From Acutalibacteraceae bacterium (GTDB lineage: Bacteria > Bacillota > Clostridia > Oscillospirales > Acutalibacteraceae): DNA of 64,000 nt. The position numbers were made by a program, and so were the translations under genes. Shown in pieces: positions 8,687 to 18,171 of this stretch (within the stretch, counting starts at the first letter, position 1; each line of letters begins with the position of its first letter). The stretch lies in the NCBI GenBank assembly GCA_045653425.1, contig JAZOLU010000008.1, positions 5,975 to 69,974 of the forward strand. Reading direction: 5' to 3'. The notes beneath the pieces are model-generated. The model did not search any database and was not told the DNA's origin. It worked only from the letters and a program-made list of their open reading frames with translations.

Positions 8687-10000
8687 ATGGCTATGGCGGT
8701 AACTATCACGGCAGTACAACCAGGTAGTCCGGCACAAAAAAAGAAAATCCATGCCGGTGACAAGCTGGTTTCCGTGAACGGACACGCCGTTACCGATGTG
8801 CTGGATTATCGCTTTTATTTAACGGAAGAACGGTTAATACTGGAACTGGAAACCCCAAAGGGTGCCCGCACTGTGCGGTTGTGCAAACCGGAATACGAGG
8901 ACATTGGGTTGGAGTTTGAGACTTACCTAATGGATAAACAGCACACGTGCCGCAACGGGTGCGTTTTCTGCTTTATAGACCAAATGCCTCCCGGTATGCG
9001 GGAAAGTTTGTATTTTAAAGATGATGATAGCCGCCTTTCGTTTTTGTTTGGCAACTATATTACGCTGACAAATTTGTCTGAGCACGAAATAGAGCGGATT
9101 ATGGCGTTGCATATCAGCCCTATTAATGTATCGGTGCATACCACCAATCCGGAACTGCGTTGCCGTATGATGAACAACCGCTTTGCGGGGGATTCGTTGA
9201 CGTTGCTCAAACGGTTTGCGGATGCCGGTATTCGGTTAAATTGCCAACTGGTGATTTGTCCCGAATGGAACGACGGCGCGGAACTGGAACGCAGTATGCA
9301 CGATTTGGCGGTGTTATCGCCGGCCGTGGAAAGCGTGGCGGTGGTGCCGGTTGGGCTTACCAAATACCGCGAGGGATTAACACCCCTGCGTCCCTTTACC
9401 GCGGCGGAGGCCGATGCGGTGATAGAGGCGGTTGAACGGTTTGGCAACGCTATGGTGGCGGCTACGGGCACACGGGTGGTATATCCGGCGGATGAATGGT
9501 ATTTGCTGGCGGGTCGTCCGTTGCCGGATGAAGCGTTTTATGAGGAAATGTCTCAACTGGAAAACGGCGTGGGTCTGTTAGCGTTGTTGCGTGCGCAATT
9601 TACCGAGGCATTGGCAGCGTGTAACGACACCGCCACGGCAACCGACGTGGATACGGTGCTGGTTACCGGTATGGCGGCGGCACCAATTTTGGAGGAACTG
9701 GTACAGGCGGCACGTGCGCGCTTTCCGCAGTTGCGGGTGCGCGTTGTGGCCATACGCAACGACTTTTTTGGTGAACGCATTACGGTGGCGGGGTTGGTTA
9801 CCGGTGGCGATATTTGTGAGCAGATGCGGGGCGTTGCGTGTGAACGCGTGGTGATTCCGGACGTGATGTTGCGGCACGAGCGTGACCGCTTTTTGGATGA
9901 TGTAACACTGCCGGACTTGGAAAAAAGATTGGGTGTTCCGGTTGAGATAACGGCCACCGATGGCGAATCGCTGTTGGCGGTACTATTGGAGACGAAGTGA
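8687..10000 (+). CDS. PDZ + radical-SAM-like + DUF512 domain protein
   Basis: N-terminal PDZ-like segment (ITAVQPGSPAQKKKIHAGDKLVSVNG) and a CX3CX2C motif (CRNGCVFC). It occupies the conserved position upstream of der seen in Clostridia. The start is placed after the rpmF terminator. Confidence 0.8.
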   Translation: MAMAVTITAVQPGSPAQKKKIHAGDKLVSVNGHAVTDVLDYRFYLTEERLILELETPKGARTVRLCKPEYEDIGLEFETYLMDKQHTCRNGCVFCFIDQMPPGMRESLYFKDDDSRLSFLFGNYITLTNLSEHEIERIMALHISPINVSVHTTNPELRCRMMNNRFAGDSLTLLKRFADAGIRLNCQLVICPEWNDGAELERSMHDLAVLSPAVESVAVVPVGLTKYREGLTPLRPFTAAEADAVIEAVERFGNAMVAATGTRVVYPADEWYLLAGRPLPDEAFYEEMSQLENGVGLLALLRAQFTEALAACNDTATATDVDTVLVTGMAAAPILEELVQAARARFPQLRVRVVAIRNDFFGERITVAGLVTGGDICEQMRGVACERVVIPDVMLRHERDRFLDDVTLPDLEKRLGVPVEITATDGESLLAVLLETK

Positions 10001-10005
10001 GAAAT

Positions 10006-11337
10006 ATGGCAAAACCTGTGGTAGCGGTTGTGGGTCGCCCCAATGTTGGCAAATCCACACTGTTTAACAAGTTAATAGGAAAACGGTTGTCCATTGTTAA
10101 GGATACGCCGGGTGTCACGCGGGACCGCATTTTGTCTCCTTGTGAGTGGCGGGGACGCTCCTTTTTGTTGGTGGACACCGGCGGTATTGAGCCACATTCG
10201 GACGACATTATTTTGTCGCAAATGCGGCGGCAGGCGCAGTTGGCGATTGAGCAGGCGGATGTGATTGTGCTGGTAACCGACCTGCACGCCGGCGTTACTG
10301 CTAATGATGCCGACGTGGCTGTAATGTTGCAAAAAAGCGGCAAACCCGTGGTGGTGTGCGTGAACAAATGCGACCGTATTGGTACACCGCCGGCGGAGTT
10401 TTATGAATTTTACAACTTGGGTTTGGGTGACCCGGTGGCGGTATCCTCACTGCACGGCACAGGTACGGGTGATTTGCTGGATGCGGTGTTTGAGTATTTG
10501 CCGGAGGACATTGAGGAAGAAGAGGACGATGATGTCATTAAAGTGGCAATCATCGGTAAACCCAATGCGGGCAAATCCTCGCTGGTGAATAAACTGGCGG
10601 GGGAGGAACGCAGTATTGTTTCGGATATTGCGGGTACCACGCGCGATGCGATTGACACCGAAATTACCAACGCCCACGGTAAGTTTTTGTTGATTGACAC
10701 GGCGGGGTTACGCCGCCGCAGTCGCGTGGATGATGCCATTGAAAAGTACAGTATTTTACGTGCCGAAATGGCGGTGGAGCGAGCCGATGTATGCGTCATT
10801 TTGATTGACGGCACCGAAGGTTTTACCGAGCAGGACAGCAAGGTGGCGGGCATTGCGCACGAAAAAGGCAAAGCGTGCATTATTGCCGTGAACAAATGGG
10901 ATGCGGTGGAAAAGAATGACCGTACCATGGCACTTACCCGCAAAAAACTGGAAAACGATTTTAGTTTTATGGCGTACGCGCCGTTTATTTTCATTTCTGC
11001 AAAAACGGGACAACGGTTAGACCGTTTGCTGGAATTGATTACCTACGTAAACGGACAAAACGCTATGCGTGTGTCCACAGGGGCGCTTAACGACGTGTTG
11101 GCGCAAGCCACGGCGCGCGTGCAGCCGCCCACCGACCGGGGACGGCGGTTAAAGATTTATTACGTAACTCAGCCGTCTACCCGACCGCCCACCTTTGTGT
11201 TTTTTGTGAATCGCGCGGATTTGTTCCATTTTTCGTATCAGCGGTATTTGGAAAATCAGTTGCGAGAAACCTTTGGCTTGGAAGGTACGCCTTTGCGATT
11301 TATTATTCGTGAACGTGGTGACAACAGCGGCAAGTAA
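10006..11337 (+). CDS. der: Ribosome-biogenesis GTPase Der (EngA)
   Basis: Two tandem GTPase domains (GRPNVGKST and GKPNAGKSS, each with DTAG/DTGG and NKxD motifs) plus a KH-like C-terminus. Confidence 0.95.
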   Translation: MAKPVVAVVGRPNVGKSTLFNKLIGKRLSIVKDTPGVTRDRILSPCEWRGRSFLLVDTGGIEPHSDDIILSQMRRQAQLAIEQADVIVLVTDLHAGVTANDADVAVMLQKSGKPVVVCVNKCDRIGTPPAEFYEFYNLGLGDPVAVSSLHGTGTGDLLDAVFEYLPEDIEEEEDDDVIKVAIIGKPNAGKSSLVNKLAGEERSIVSDIAGTTRDAIDTEITNAHGKFLLIDTAGLRRRSRVDDAIEKYSILRAEMAVERADVCVILIDGTEGFTEQDSKVAGIAHEKGKACIIAVNKWDAVEKNDRTMALTRKKLENDFSFMAYAPFIFISAKTGQRLDRLLELITYVNGQNAMRVSTGALNDVLAQATARVQPPTDRGRRLKIYYVTQPSTRPPTFVFFVNRADLFHFSYQRYLENQLRETFGLEGTPLRFIIRERGDNSGK

Positions 11338-11352
11338 AAGGAGAAAACTTGT

Positions 11353-12063
11353 ATGATTTCGTTTTTGGAAAACAGTTGGTTGGCGCTTTTGCTGGCGGCT
11401 GTAACCGCGTATTTGCTGGGCAGCGTCAACTTTGCCATTGTGGTTACCCGCGTCTTTGCCGGCAAAGACATTCGCTCGTTTGGCAGCGGCAACGCGGGGG
11501 CAACCAACGTGTTGCGTTCACAGGGCCTTAAACCCGCGTTGATTACCTTTTTTGGCGATTTGGCCAAAAGTATGGTGTCGGTATCTTTGGGCGGGTGGTT
11601 TGTGCAGCACATTCAACTAAGCCCCGCCACCGCGGCGCAGGTCGATTTGTTGATGTACAATACCGAAAATTTAACGCTTATCGGATGCCATTTGGCGGCC
11701 GTGTTTTGTCTGTTTGGGCACTTGTACCCGTTGTTTTTCGGATTCCGCGGCGGTAAGGGTGTTATGACCACGTTGGGTATGCTTTTGTTGTTGGATTGGG
11801 CTTCGGCGCTGGTTATGATTGCGGTATTCGGCATTTTCTTGCTTACCACCCGTATGGTATCGGCCGGTTCACTGGCCGCGGCGGTGGTGATGCCGATACT
11901 AACGTATTTGGCACGCACGTATGTGTATGGTCAGGAATGGCCGACTGTTGCGTTTTGTACGGTGGTGGCGTTTGTGATTTCCGTTACGGTGATTATTAAA
12001 CATCGCGAAAATATAAAACGCATTTGGAACGGCACCGAAAGCAAAGCGTGGGGCAATAAATAA
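11353..12063 (+). CDS. plsY: Glycerol-3-phosphate acyltransferase PlsY
   Basis: Polytopic membrane protein with the PlsY motifs GSGNAGATNVLR and FRGGKG. It holds the conserved der-plsY position. Confidence 0.9.
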   Translation: MISFLENSWLALLLAAVTAYLLGSVNFAIVVTRVFAGKDIRSFGSGNAGATNVLRSQGLKPALITFFGDLAKSMVSVSLGGWFVQHIQLSPATAAQVDLLMYNTENLTLIGCHLAAVFCLFGHLYPLFFGFRGGKGVMTTLGMLLLLDWASALVMIAVFGIFLLTTRMVSAGSLAAAVVMPILTYLARTYVYGQEWPTVAFCTVVAFVISVTVIIKHRENIKRIWNGTESKAWGNK

Positions 12064-12083
12064 GCGTTCCGTAATAATTGATT

Positions 12084-12128
12084 AAAAATTGCCGCTCTCA
12101 TCACTGTGATGAGAGCGGCAATTTTTTC
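12084..12128. terminator. Bidirectional terminator between plsY and dut
   Basis: A 16-bp perfect stem attgccgctctcatca/tgatgagagcggcaat with a 3-nt loop, flanked by an A-run and a T-run. Confidence 0.8.
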
Positions 12129-12133
12129 TGCTT

Positions 12134-12631
12134 TTATTTTTTACTTGTACTGCCGAACCCGCCGTGGCGTATGGCAGTTGCCTCGTCGTCCTCGGTAATG
12201 CCGAACGGTAAAAAGATTCCTTGCGCAAACGCATCGCCGGCGGAAAGCGTTAGGGTTTTCCCCTCGGTGTTGGCGTTGGTGAGTTTAATAAGAATGTGGC
12301 CTTCGTTGTCGGCATAATAGTAATCGCTGTCAATAATGCCAACGGTGTTGTTAAGTTGCAGACGGTACTTAAACCCCAATCCGCTGCGCGGAAAGAGTTG
12401 CAGTACCCAACCCTCTGCCATTTTCACTCGAACACCGGTAGGGATTTTTACGCTTTCGCCCGCTGCCAGCGTGAGTGGTGCGGGGGCATAAAAATCGTAC
12501 CCCGCCGAACCGGCGGTGGCGCGGCGCGGCAAAGCCGGCAGAGAGGGTACGGGCGTGTTGCCGAACGCCTCCTCCCAATCGGCGGCAAAACGGGCGGCGG
12601 AAACGTGTTCAAAACGAGCAATGGCTTGCAT
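12134..12631 (-). CDS. dut: dUTP diphosphatase
   Basis: dUTPase motifs AGYDFYAP, RSGLG and GIIDSDY. The ATG at 12631 is preceded by GGAGGTTTATATT. The 96 upstream codons of the ORF-track entry are Arg/Ser-rich, overlap the PPTase gene on the other strand and are discarded. Confidence 0.88.
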   Translation of the reverse strand: MQAIARFEHVSAARFAADWEEAFGNTPVPSLPALPRRATAGSAGYDFYAPAPLTLAAGESVKIPTGVRVKMAEGWVLQLFPRSGLGFKYRLQLNNTVGIIDSDYYYADNEGHILIKLTNANTEGKTLTLSAGDAFAQGIFLPFGITEDDEATAIRHGGFGSTSKK

Positions 12632-12698
12632 AATATAAACCTCCAACTGGACAAAATGGGGGAATTGCGGTATACTGAAACCCAAGGGGGGGAACGCT

Positions 12699-13352
12699 AT
12701 GGTGTTGGTGGCGGTACATACCGATACGGTGCGTGAGTGCGCCGCGTTTGGAAAGTGCTTGGCGGCAGTTTCTGCTGACCGGCGCGAGCGGGTAATGGCC
12801 GCGGCACAACCGGACGAGCGTTGCCGCCGTTTGTGCGCGGGTTTGGCATTGGATGCCTGTTTGCACACCGTGGGTCTGCGCGAAGCAGAGGAGCCGCTCA
12901 AACGTGGGGCAAACGGCAAACCGTGGTTGGCGGCGCACCCTACGTTACAATTTAATCTTTCACACAGCGGGGAATGGGCGGTGTGTGTGCTGGCACACTC
13001 GCCGGTGGGGGTGGATATACAACAACTGCGAAACGAGGATACCCGTGCGCTTGCCGCACGCTATTTTACCACCGCAGAGCGGGTGTGGATGGAATTGTTG
13101 CCCACGGCAGAGCAGCAAACGGCGTTTTTTCGCTTGTGGGCCGCCAAAGAAAGTGTTTTAAAGGCGCAGGGTGAGGGGTTGCGGAGGCTATGTTCTGTGC
13201 CGATAACCGGCGGGGATGTTTTGTGCCCACCCGCGCCGTGGCGGTTGCGGGAGTACCCTATGGACGGTTATGTATTGACAGTATGCGGTACAGAGCCGTT
13301 TGCCGAAACGGTATCGGTTATTTCTTCCGCCGATAGCGTTCTTCTTCGCTGA
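12699..13352 (+). CDS. 4'-phosphopantetheinyl transferase (Sfp type)
   Basis: Motifs FNLSHSGEWAVC, GVDIQ and FFRLWAAKESVLKAQG are typical of Sfp/EntD-family PPTases. Confidence 0.85.
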   Translation: MVLVAVHTDTVRECAAFGKCLAAVSADRRERVMAAAQPDERCRRLCAGLALDACLHTVGLREAEEPLKRGANGKPWLAAHPTLQFNLSHSGEWAVCVLAHSPVGVDIQQLRNEDTRALAARYFTTAERVWMELLPTAEQQTAFFRLWAAKESVLKAQGEGLRRLCSVPITGGDVLCPPAPWRLREYPMDGYVLTVCGTEPFAETVSVISSADSVLLR

Positions 13353-13851
13353 ACACGCAACCGCAGTATTTTTGCATATACAAATTACTGTTCCGTGCAG
13401 CTTGTTGCCCTTCACGGAAATAGGGACGAAAATCACGATAAAGAAATGTAACGCCGTGACGCGTGGCGGCTTCTTCGGCAACGCGCACCAACAGTTCGTG
13501 GTTTTGGTACGGGCTAATGAGTAAGGTGGTGCTGAACGAGTCAAATCCTTCCTCTGCGGCGCGGCGCGCCGTTTCTTCCATACGCAAACGGTAACAGGTT
13601 TCGCAGCGGTCTTCCAGCGCGGGGTACACGGCACGCACAAACGAGCGCAGGCCGTAGTCGTCATTGACAATAAGACGCAGGTTAATGGATTGCGCGTATT
13701 CCTGTAACGTGGTTTTTCGGCTACGGTATTCGGTGTAGGGGTGAATGTTGGGGTTGTACCAGTACCCTGTCGGTTCAATCCCTTCCGCACGCAACGTTTC
13801 AATGCAACGAATGGAGCAGGGGGCACAGCAAATGTGCAATAAACACGCCAT
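13318..13851 (-). CDS. queH: Epoxyqueuosine reductase QueH (DUF208)
   Basis: The N-terminal LLHICCAPCS motif and the downstream cysteines CETCY and YCGC match the QueH family. The ATG at 13851 is preceded by GGAGGTG. Confidence 0.85.
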   Translation of the reverse strand: MACLLHICCAPCSIRCIETLRAEGIEPTGYWYNPNIHPYTEYRSRKTTLQEYAQSINLRLIVNDDYGLRSFVRAVYPALEDRCETCYRLRMEETARRAAEEGFDSFSTTLLISPYQNHELLVRVAEEAATRHGVTFLYRDFRPYFREGQQAARNSNLYMQKYCGCVFSEEERYRRKK

Positions 13852-14019
13852 ACGCGCCACCTCCTGTGGTAATTTTATTCAGTATAACATAGTTTTTGGG
13901 AAAATACCAGTACTTACGCACGGCAAAATTGCGTTTTGCCCTTTACAGTTGAGGCGATTTATAGTAGAATATACCAAGGACCCAACAAACGAAGTTTATA
14001 GGGAAAAGAGTGTGGACAA

Positions 14020-14727
14020 ATGGTACCGAAGTATAAACGCGTATTACTCAAACTCAGCGGCGAGGCCATGTCCGGCGCCAAAGGATTTGGTCTGGATTTT
14101 GATACGGTAAACCGTGTGTGCCGTTCCGTTAAAGAATGTGTGGATGCCGGTGCGCAAATTGCCATTGTGGTGGGCGGCGGCAACTTTTGGCGCGGCCGCT
14201 CCAGCGGCGAAATGGACCGTACCCGTGCGGACCATATGGGTATGTTGGCTACCACCATTAACTCGTTGGCACTGGCAGATTCGCTGGAGCAACTGGGGTG
14301 TCAGGTGCGGGTGCAAACCGCCATTGCTATGAACGAAATTGCCGAGCCGTATATCCGCAACCGTGCGGTGCGGCATTTGGAAAAAGGGCGTGTGGTCATT
14401 TTCGGGTGCGGGACGGGAAATCCGTTCTTCTCTACCGACACGGCCTCCGCGTTGCGCGCGCTGGAAATTGAGGCAGATATTATTTTTAAGGCGAGTATGG
14501 TAGACGGTGTGTACGACAGTGACCCCAAAAAGAATCCCGATGCGAAAAAGTTTGACGAATTGTCGTATATGGACGTACTGAATCGTGATTTGAAAGTGAT
14601 GGATTCTACGGCCGCCAGTTTGTGTAACGATAACAACTTACCGCTGTTGGTGTTTAATTTGGAACAACCGGAAAACATTGTTCGCGCGGTAGCGGGCGAA
14701 AATATTGGCACCATTGTACATTCTTAA
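14020..14727 (+). CDS. pyrH: UMP kinase
   Basis: [12 protein letters not shown]..., GGGNFWRG and [12 protein letters not shown] motifs. Confidence 0.95.
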   Translation: MVPKYKRVLLKLSGEAMSGAKGFGLDFDTVNRVCRSVKECVDAGAQIAIVVGGGNFWRGRSSGEMDRTRADHMGMLATTINSLALADSLEQLGCQVRVQTAIAMNEIAEPYIRNRAVRHLEKGRVVIFGCGTGNPFFSTDTASALRALEIEADIIFKASMVDGVYDSDPKKNPDAKKFDELSYMDVLNRDLKVMDSTAASLCNDNNLPLLVFNLEQPENIVRAVAGENIGTIVHS

Positions 14728-14746
14728 ATTTAGGGGGAACGCAACT

Positions 14747-15301
14747 ATGCAACAGATTTTTCAGACTGCTCAGGAAAAAATGGATAAAAGTATTAACGCG
14801 TTGATGAACGAGTACGCCACCATTCGTGCCGGACGGGCGACCCCCGCTGTGCTGGATAAAATTATGGTGGATTATTACGGCAGCCCCACCCCCGTTCAGC
14901 AAATGGCGGCGGTATCGGTGCCGGAACCGCGTACGCTGTTGGTGACGCCGTGGGACAAGAATACCCTGCGCGATATTGAAAAGGCAATTTTAACGTCCGA
15001 TTTGGGGCTTAACCCGCAAAACGACGGGAACGCCTTGCGGCTGACGTTTCCGCCGCTCACGGAGGAACGCCGTCGTGAACTGGTTAAGGGTGTGTACAAG
15101 TACGCGGAGGAAGCCAAGGTAGCGGTGCGTTCCATTCGTCGCGATGCGTTGGAAAAATTAAAGGATATGAAAAAGAAGTCCGAAATTACCGAGGACGATT
15201 TGAAAAACGGCGAAAAGAAAATTCAGGATTTGACCGATAAAGCGTGCAAAGAGATTGACGGCATCTCCGCCAAAAAAGATAAGGAGATTATGGAAATTTA
15301 A
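14747..15301 (+). CDS. frr: Ribosome recycling factor
   Basis: RRF signature ...IRAGRATPAVLD...RLTFPPLTEERRRELVK... Conserved position after pyrH. Confidence 0.95.
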   Translation: MQQIFQTAQEKMDKSINALMNEYATIRAGRATPAVLDKIMVDYYGSPTPVQQMAAVSVPEPRTLLVTPWDKNTLRDIEKAILTSDLGLNPQNDGNALRLTFPPLTEERRRELVKGVYKYAEEAKVAVRSIRRDALEKLKDMKKKSEITEDDLKNGEKKIQDLTDKACKEIDGISAKKDKEIMEI

Positions 15302-15375
15302 TCGGTGTATCTTTTGTTCAACCAATATGACCGGCCGAGGGGGAACTTTCGCCGGTCATGTTCATAGGAGGAAGT

Positions 15376-16116
15376 ATGGGGTTGTTTTGTAAACGGCAAC
15401 CGTCAAAATCGGAAATAACGGTTGTGCCGGCACATTTAGGCATTATTATGGACGGCAACGGTCGCTGGGCAAAAAAGCGCGGATTACCGCGCCAAGCGGG
15501 TCACGTTACCGGTGCCAAAGTGTTTCGCACCATTGCCAAGCACTGCGAAAAGCGGGGCATTGGCACGGTGACGTTTTATACCTTTTCCACAGAGAACTGG
15601 AAGCGTCCCGCCGAAGAAGTGGATGCGATTATGAATTTGCTGCGCGAGTATTTAAAAGAGTCGCTTGCCGATTTTGCCAAAGAAAATATTTGCACGCGCT
15701 TTATTGGTGACCGCACGGCTCTGGCACCGGATATTCAGGCATTAATGGCAGAGGCGGAGGAAAGCACCGCCCACAAAACCGGTATGGTGCTGAACATCGC
15801 CATAAACTACGGTGGCCGTGCCGAATTGACGGCTGCCGCCCGCCGCATTGCCGAAGAGGTGCAGGCGGGAACGTTAAAACCCGAGGACGTGGACGAGGTA
15901 TGCCTGGCCAATCGGTTGTACACCGCCGGTCAGCCGGAGGTGGATATGATTCTGCGGCCGAGCGGCGAATACCGGTTGTCGAATTTCCTGATTTGGCAGT
16001 GTGCTTATGCCGAATATGTATTTGACGACATTTTGTGGCCGGATTTCACCACAAAGGATTTAGACCGCGCGCTGGCAGCATACGCCGGCCGGCATCGCCG
16101 TTTCGGTGGGGTCTGA
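15376..16116 (+). CDS. uppS: Isoprenyl transferase (undecaprenyl diphosphate synthase)
   Basis: HLGIIMDGNGRWAK, FSTENWKRP and RLSNFLIWQ motifs. RBS AGGAGGAAG lies upstream. Confidence 0.93.
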   Translation: MGLFCKRQPSKSEITVVPAHLGIIMDGNGRWAKKRGLPRQAGHVTGAKVFRTIAKHCEKRGIGTVTFYTFSTENWKRPAEEVDAIMNLLREYLKESLADFAKENICTRFIGDRTALAPDIQALMAEAEESTAHKTGMVLNIAINYGGRAELTAAARRIAEEVQAGTLKPEDVDEVCLANRLYTAGQPEVDMILRPSGEYRLSNFLIWQCAYAEYVFDDILWPDFTTKDLDRALAAYAGRHRRFGGV

Positions 16117-16132
16117 AAGGAAGTGTAAGCGT

Positions 16133-16960
16133 ATGAAAACGCGCATTATTACCGCGGCAGTAGCAGGCAGTTTCATATTAACGGCAATCTTTTTGCCGTG
16201 GACTATGGTGCTCACCACAATAACGTCCATTATTGCTGCTATTGCGGTATATGAACTTTTTTCCATTACGGGTATGTTGCGTCATCGCGGGTTGGAAAGT
16301 GTGGCTATGGTGTTTGCTATGGCTGCGCCCCTGTTTAGCTATATGTCCGGCGCAGCGGTGGGCATCACCTGCGCGGCGTATGCGTTGCTGGTGGCTGCCC
16401 TGCTTATGATGTATCGTGAAGAAGTGTCGGTCAAACGCATGGCCGCCATATTTGCACTTTCACTGTTTGTTACGTTGTCGTTGTCGTGCTTATCGTATTT
16501 GCGGAATGTACCCTCTCCCCGCAACGGCGACGGCGTGTTTTACGTATTGCTCACGTTGGTAATGGCGTGGCTAAACGATTCCGGCGCGTATTTTGTGGGT
16601 GTGTTTTTGGGAAAACATAAGTTATGCCCGCGCATCTCTCCCAAAAAGACTGTAGAAGGTCTGGTGGGCGGCATTGCGTGTTCGCTGGTGTTCAGCGTGT
16701 TTACTGCGTGGTGTTACCAACTGGTGTTGGGGGATACGGCGCGGGTCTCCTACGGCGGCGTGTTGGTGTTGGCGCTGATTTGCGCGCCGCTGGCCGTGGT
16801 GGGAGATTTGACCGCTTCGGTTCTTAAACGGGTGTGCAAGGTAAAAGATTTTGGTAATCTTTTTCCGGGCCACGGTGGTATGATGGACCGATTTGACAGT
16901 TTGTTGTTTGTGTTTCCCGTGTCGTATTTTGCGGCGCGCGTTTGTTCGCTGATTGTGTAA
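16133..16960 (+). CDS. cdsA: Phosphatidate cytidylyltransferase
   Basis: Polytopic membrane protein with the CdsA C-terminal signature SxLKRxxxxKDxGxxxPGHGGxxDRxDS. Confidence 0.9.
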   Translation: MKTRIITAAVAGSFILTAIFLPWTMVLTTITSIIAAIAVYELFSITGMLRHRGLESVAMVFAMAAPLFSYMSGAAVGITCAAYALLVAALLMMYREEVSVKRMAAIFALSLFVTLSLSCLSYLRNVPSPRNGDGVFYVLLTLVMAWLNDSGAYFVGVFLGKHKLCPRISPKKTVEGLVGGIACSLVFSVFTAWCYQLVLGDTARVSYGGVLVLALICAPLAVVGDLTASVLKRVCKVKDFGNLFPGHGGMMDRFDSLLFVFPVSYFAARVCSLIV

Positions 16961-16976
16961 AAGGGGAGAAACCGTT

Positions 16977-18152
16977 ATGGCAAAACGAGTGGTTCTGTTG
17001 GGGTCTACCGGTTCCATCGGCACACAAGCACTGGATGTGGCACGGCAACAAGGCTTTGTTGTAACCGCCCTTGCCGCGCACAGCAACGTGACTGAGTTGG
17101 AAAAGCAGATTCGTGAATTTCGTCCCCAAGCAGCCGCCTTGTTTGACGAGGCGGCCGCCCGCGATTTGCGGGCGCGTGTGCGGGATTTGGATGTGGAAAT
17201 TCTTGCCGGTATGGAGGGGTTGTGTGCCCTTGCCGTGCGGGAAGATGCCGACGTGGTGTTAAATGCCGTGGTTGGTATGGTGGGGTTGCAACCCACGTTA
17301 ACGGCACTTAATGCGGGCCACGATGTGGCACTTGCCAACAAGGAAACACTGGTGGCGGGCGGCGAATTGGTGATGCGCACCGCTCGTAAAAATGGGGTGC
17401 GTTTGTTGCCGGTGGATAGTGAACATTCCGCCATTTTTCAGTGCTTGCAGGCCACTGCACAGAGTGCTTGGGCACCACCGCAAAGCAGTGCAAGTATGGG
17501 GGTGCAGCGGATAATTTTAACCGCTTCCGGCGGTCCGTTTTTCGGAAAAACCCGTGAACAACTGAATGCGGTAACGCCGAAAGAGGCGTTGCAGCATCCT
17601 AATTGGAGCATGGGGCCGAAAATTACCGTGGATTCTGCCACTATGATGAATAAAGGGTTGGAACTGATTGAGGCAAAATGGTTATTTGACTTGCCTGAGG
17701 AGAATATAAATATTGTAGTACACCGCGAAAGCGTAATTCATTCGCTGGTGGAATTTGCGGATAACTCGGTGTTGGCGCAGTTGGGCGTGCCGGATATGCG
17801 TATTCCCATTCAATATGCCTTAACGTGGCCGGAACGCGCGCCGTCATCGGTGCCGCGGTTGGATTTGGCGGCGTTTGCCAAACTCACGTTTTTTGAACCG
17901 GATGACGAGGCGTTCCCCGGAGTTTTGTTGTGCCGCCGAGCCTTGCGGCAGGGTGGGGCATACCCGGCGGCGGTCAATGCCGCAAACGAGGAAGCCAACG
18001 CCGGATTCCGCGCCGGCAAAATTGGGTTTGCGGATATTGGCACGGCGGTAACCGCGGTGCTGGATGAACGCTTGCCGGCCGTGAACAGTATTGAGGATAT
18101 TTTGGCGGTGGATGAGTATTGCCGCCGTCGCGTGCGGGAACAGATGAGGTGA
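16977..18152 (+). CDS. dxr: 1-deoxy-D-xylulose 5-phosphate reductoisomerase
   Basis: LGSTGSIG NADPH-binding motif, LANKE, DSEHSA and NKGLE motifs. Confidence 0.95.
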   Translation: MAKRVVLLGSTGSIGTQALDVARQQGFVVTALAAHSNVTELEKQIREFRPQAAALFDEAAARDLRARVRDLDVEILAGMEGLCALAVREDADVVLNAVVGMVGLQPTLTALNAGHDVALANKETLVAGGELVMRTARKNGVRLLPVDSEHSAIFQCLQATAQSAWAPPQSSASMGVQRIILTASGGPFFGKTREQLNAVTPKEALQHPNWSMGPKITVDSATMMNKGLELIEAKWLFDLPEENINIVVHRESVIHSLVEFADNSVLAQLGVPDMRIPIQYALTWPERAPSSVPRLDLAAFAKLTFFEPDDEAFPGVLLCRRALRQGGAYPAAVNAANEEANAGFRAGKIGFADIGTAVTAVLDERLPAVNSIEDILAVDEYCRRRVREQMR

Positions 18153-18171
18153 TGGTATCTTAACGGTTTTA

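Noticed and set aside
12632-12919. The ORF track extends dut to 261 aa with an N-terminal Arg/Ser-rich 96 codons.
   Set aside because: The extension overlaps the PPTase gene on the opposite strand and has no dUTPase homology. An ATG with a strong GGAGG RBS lies at 12631.
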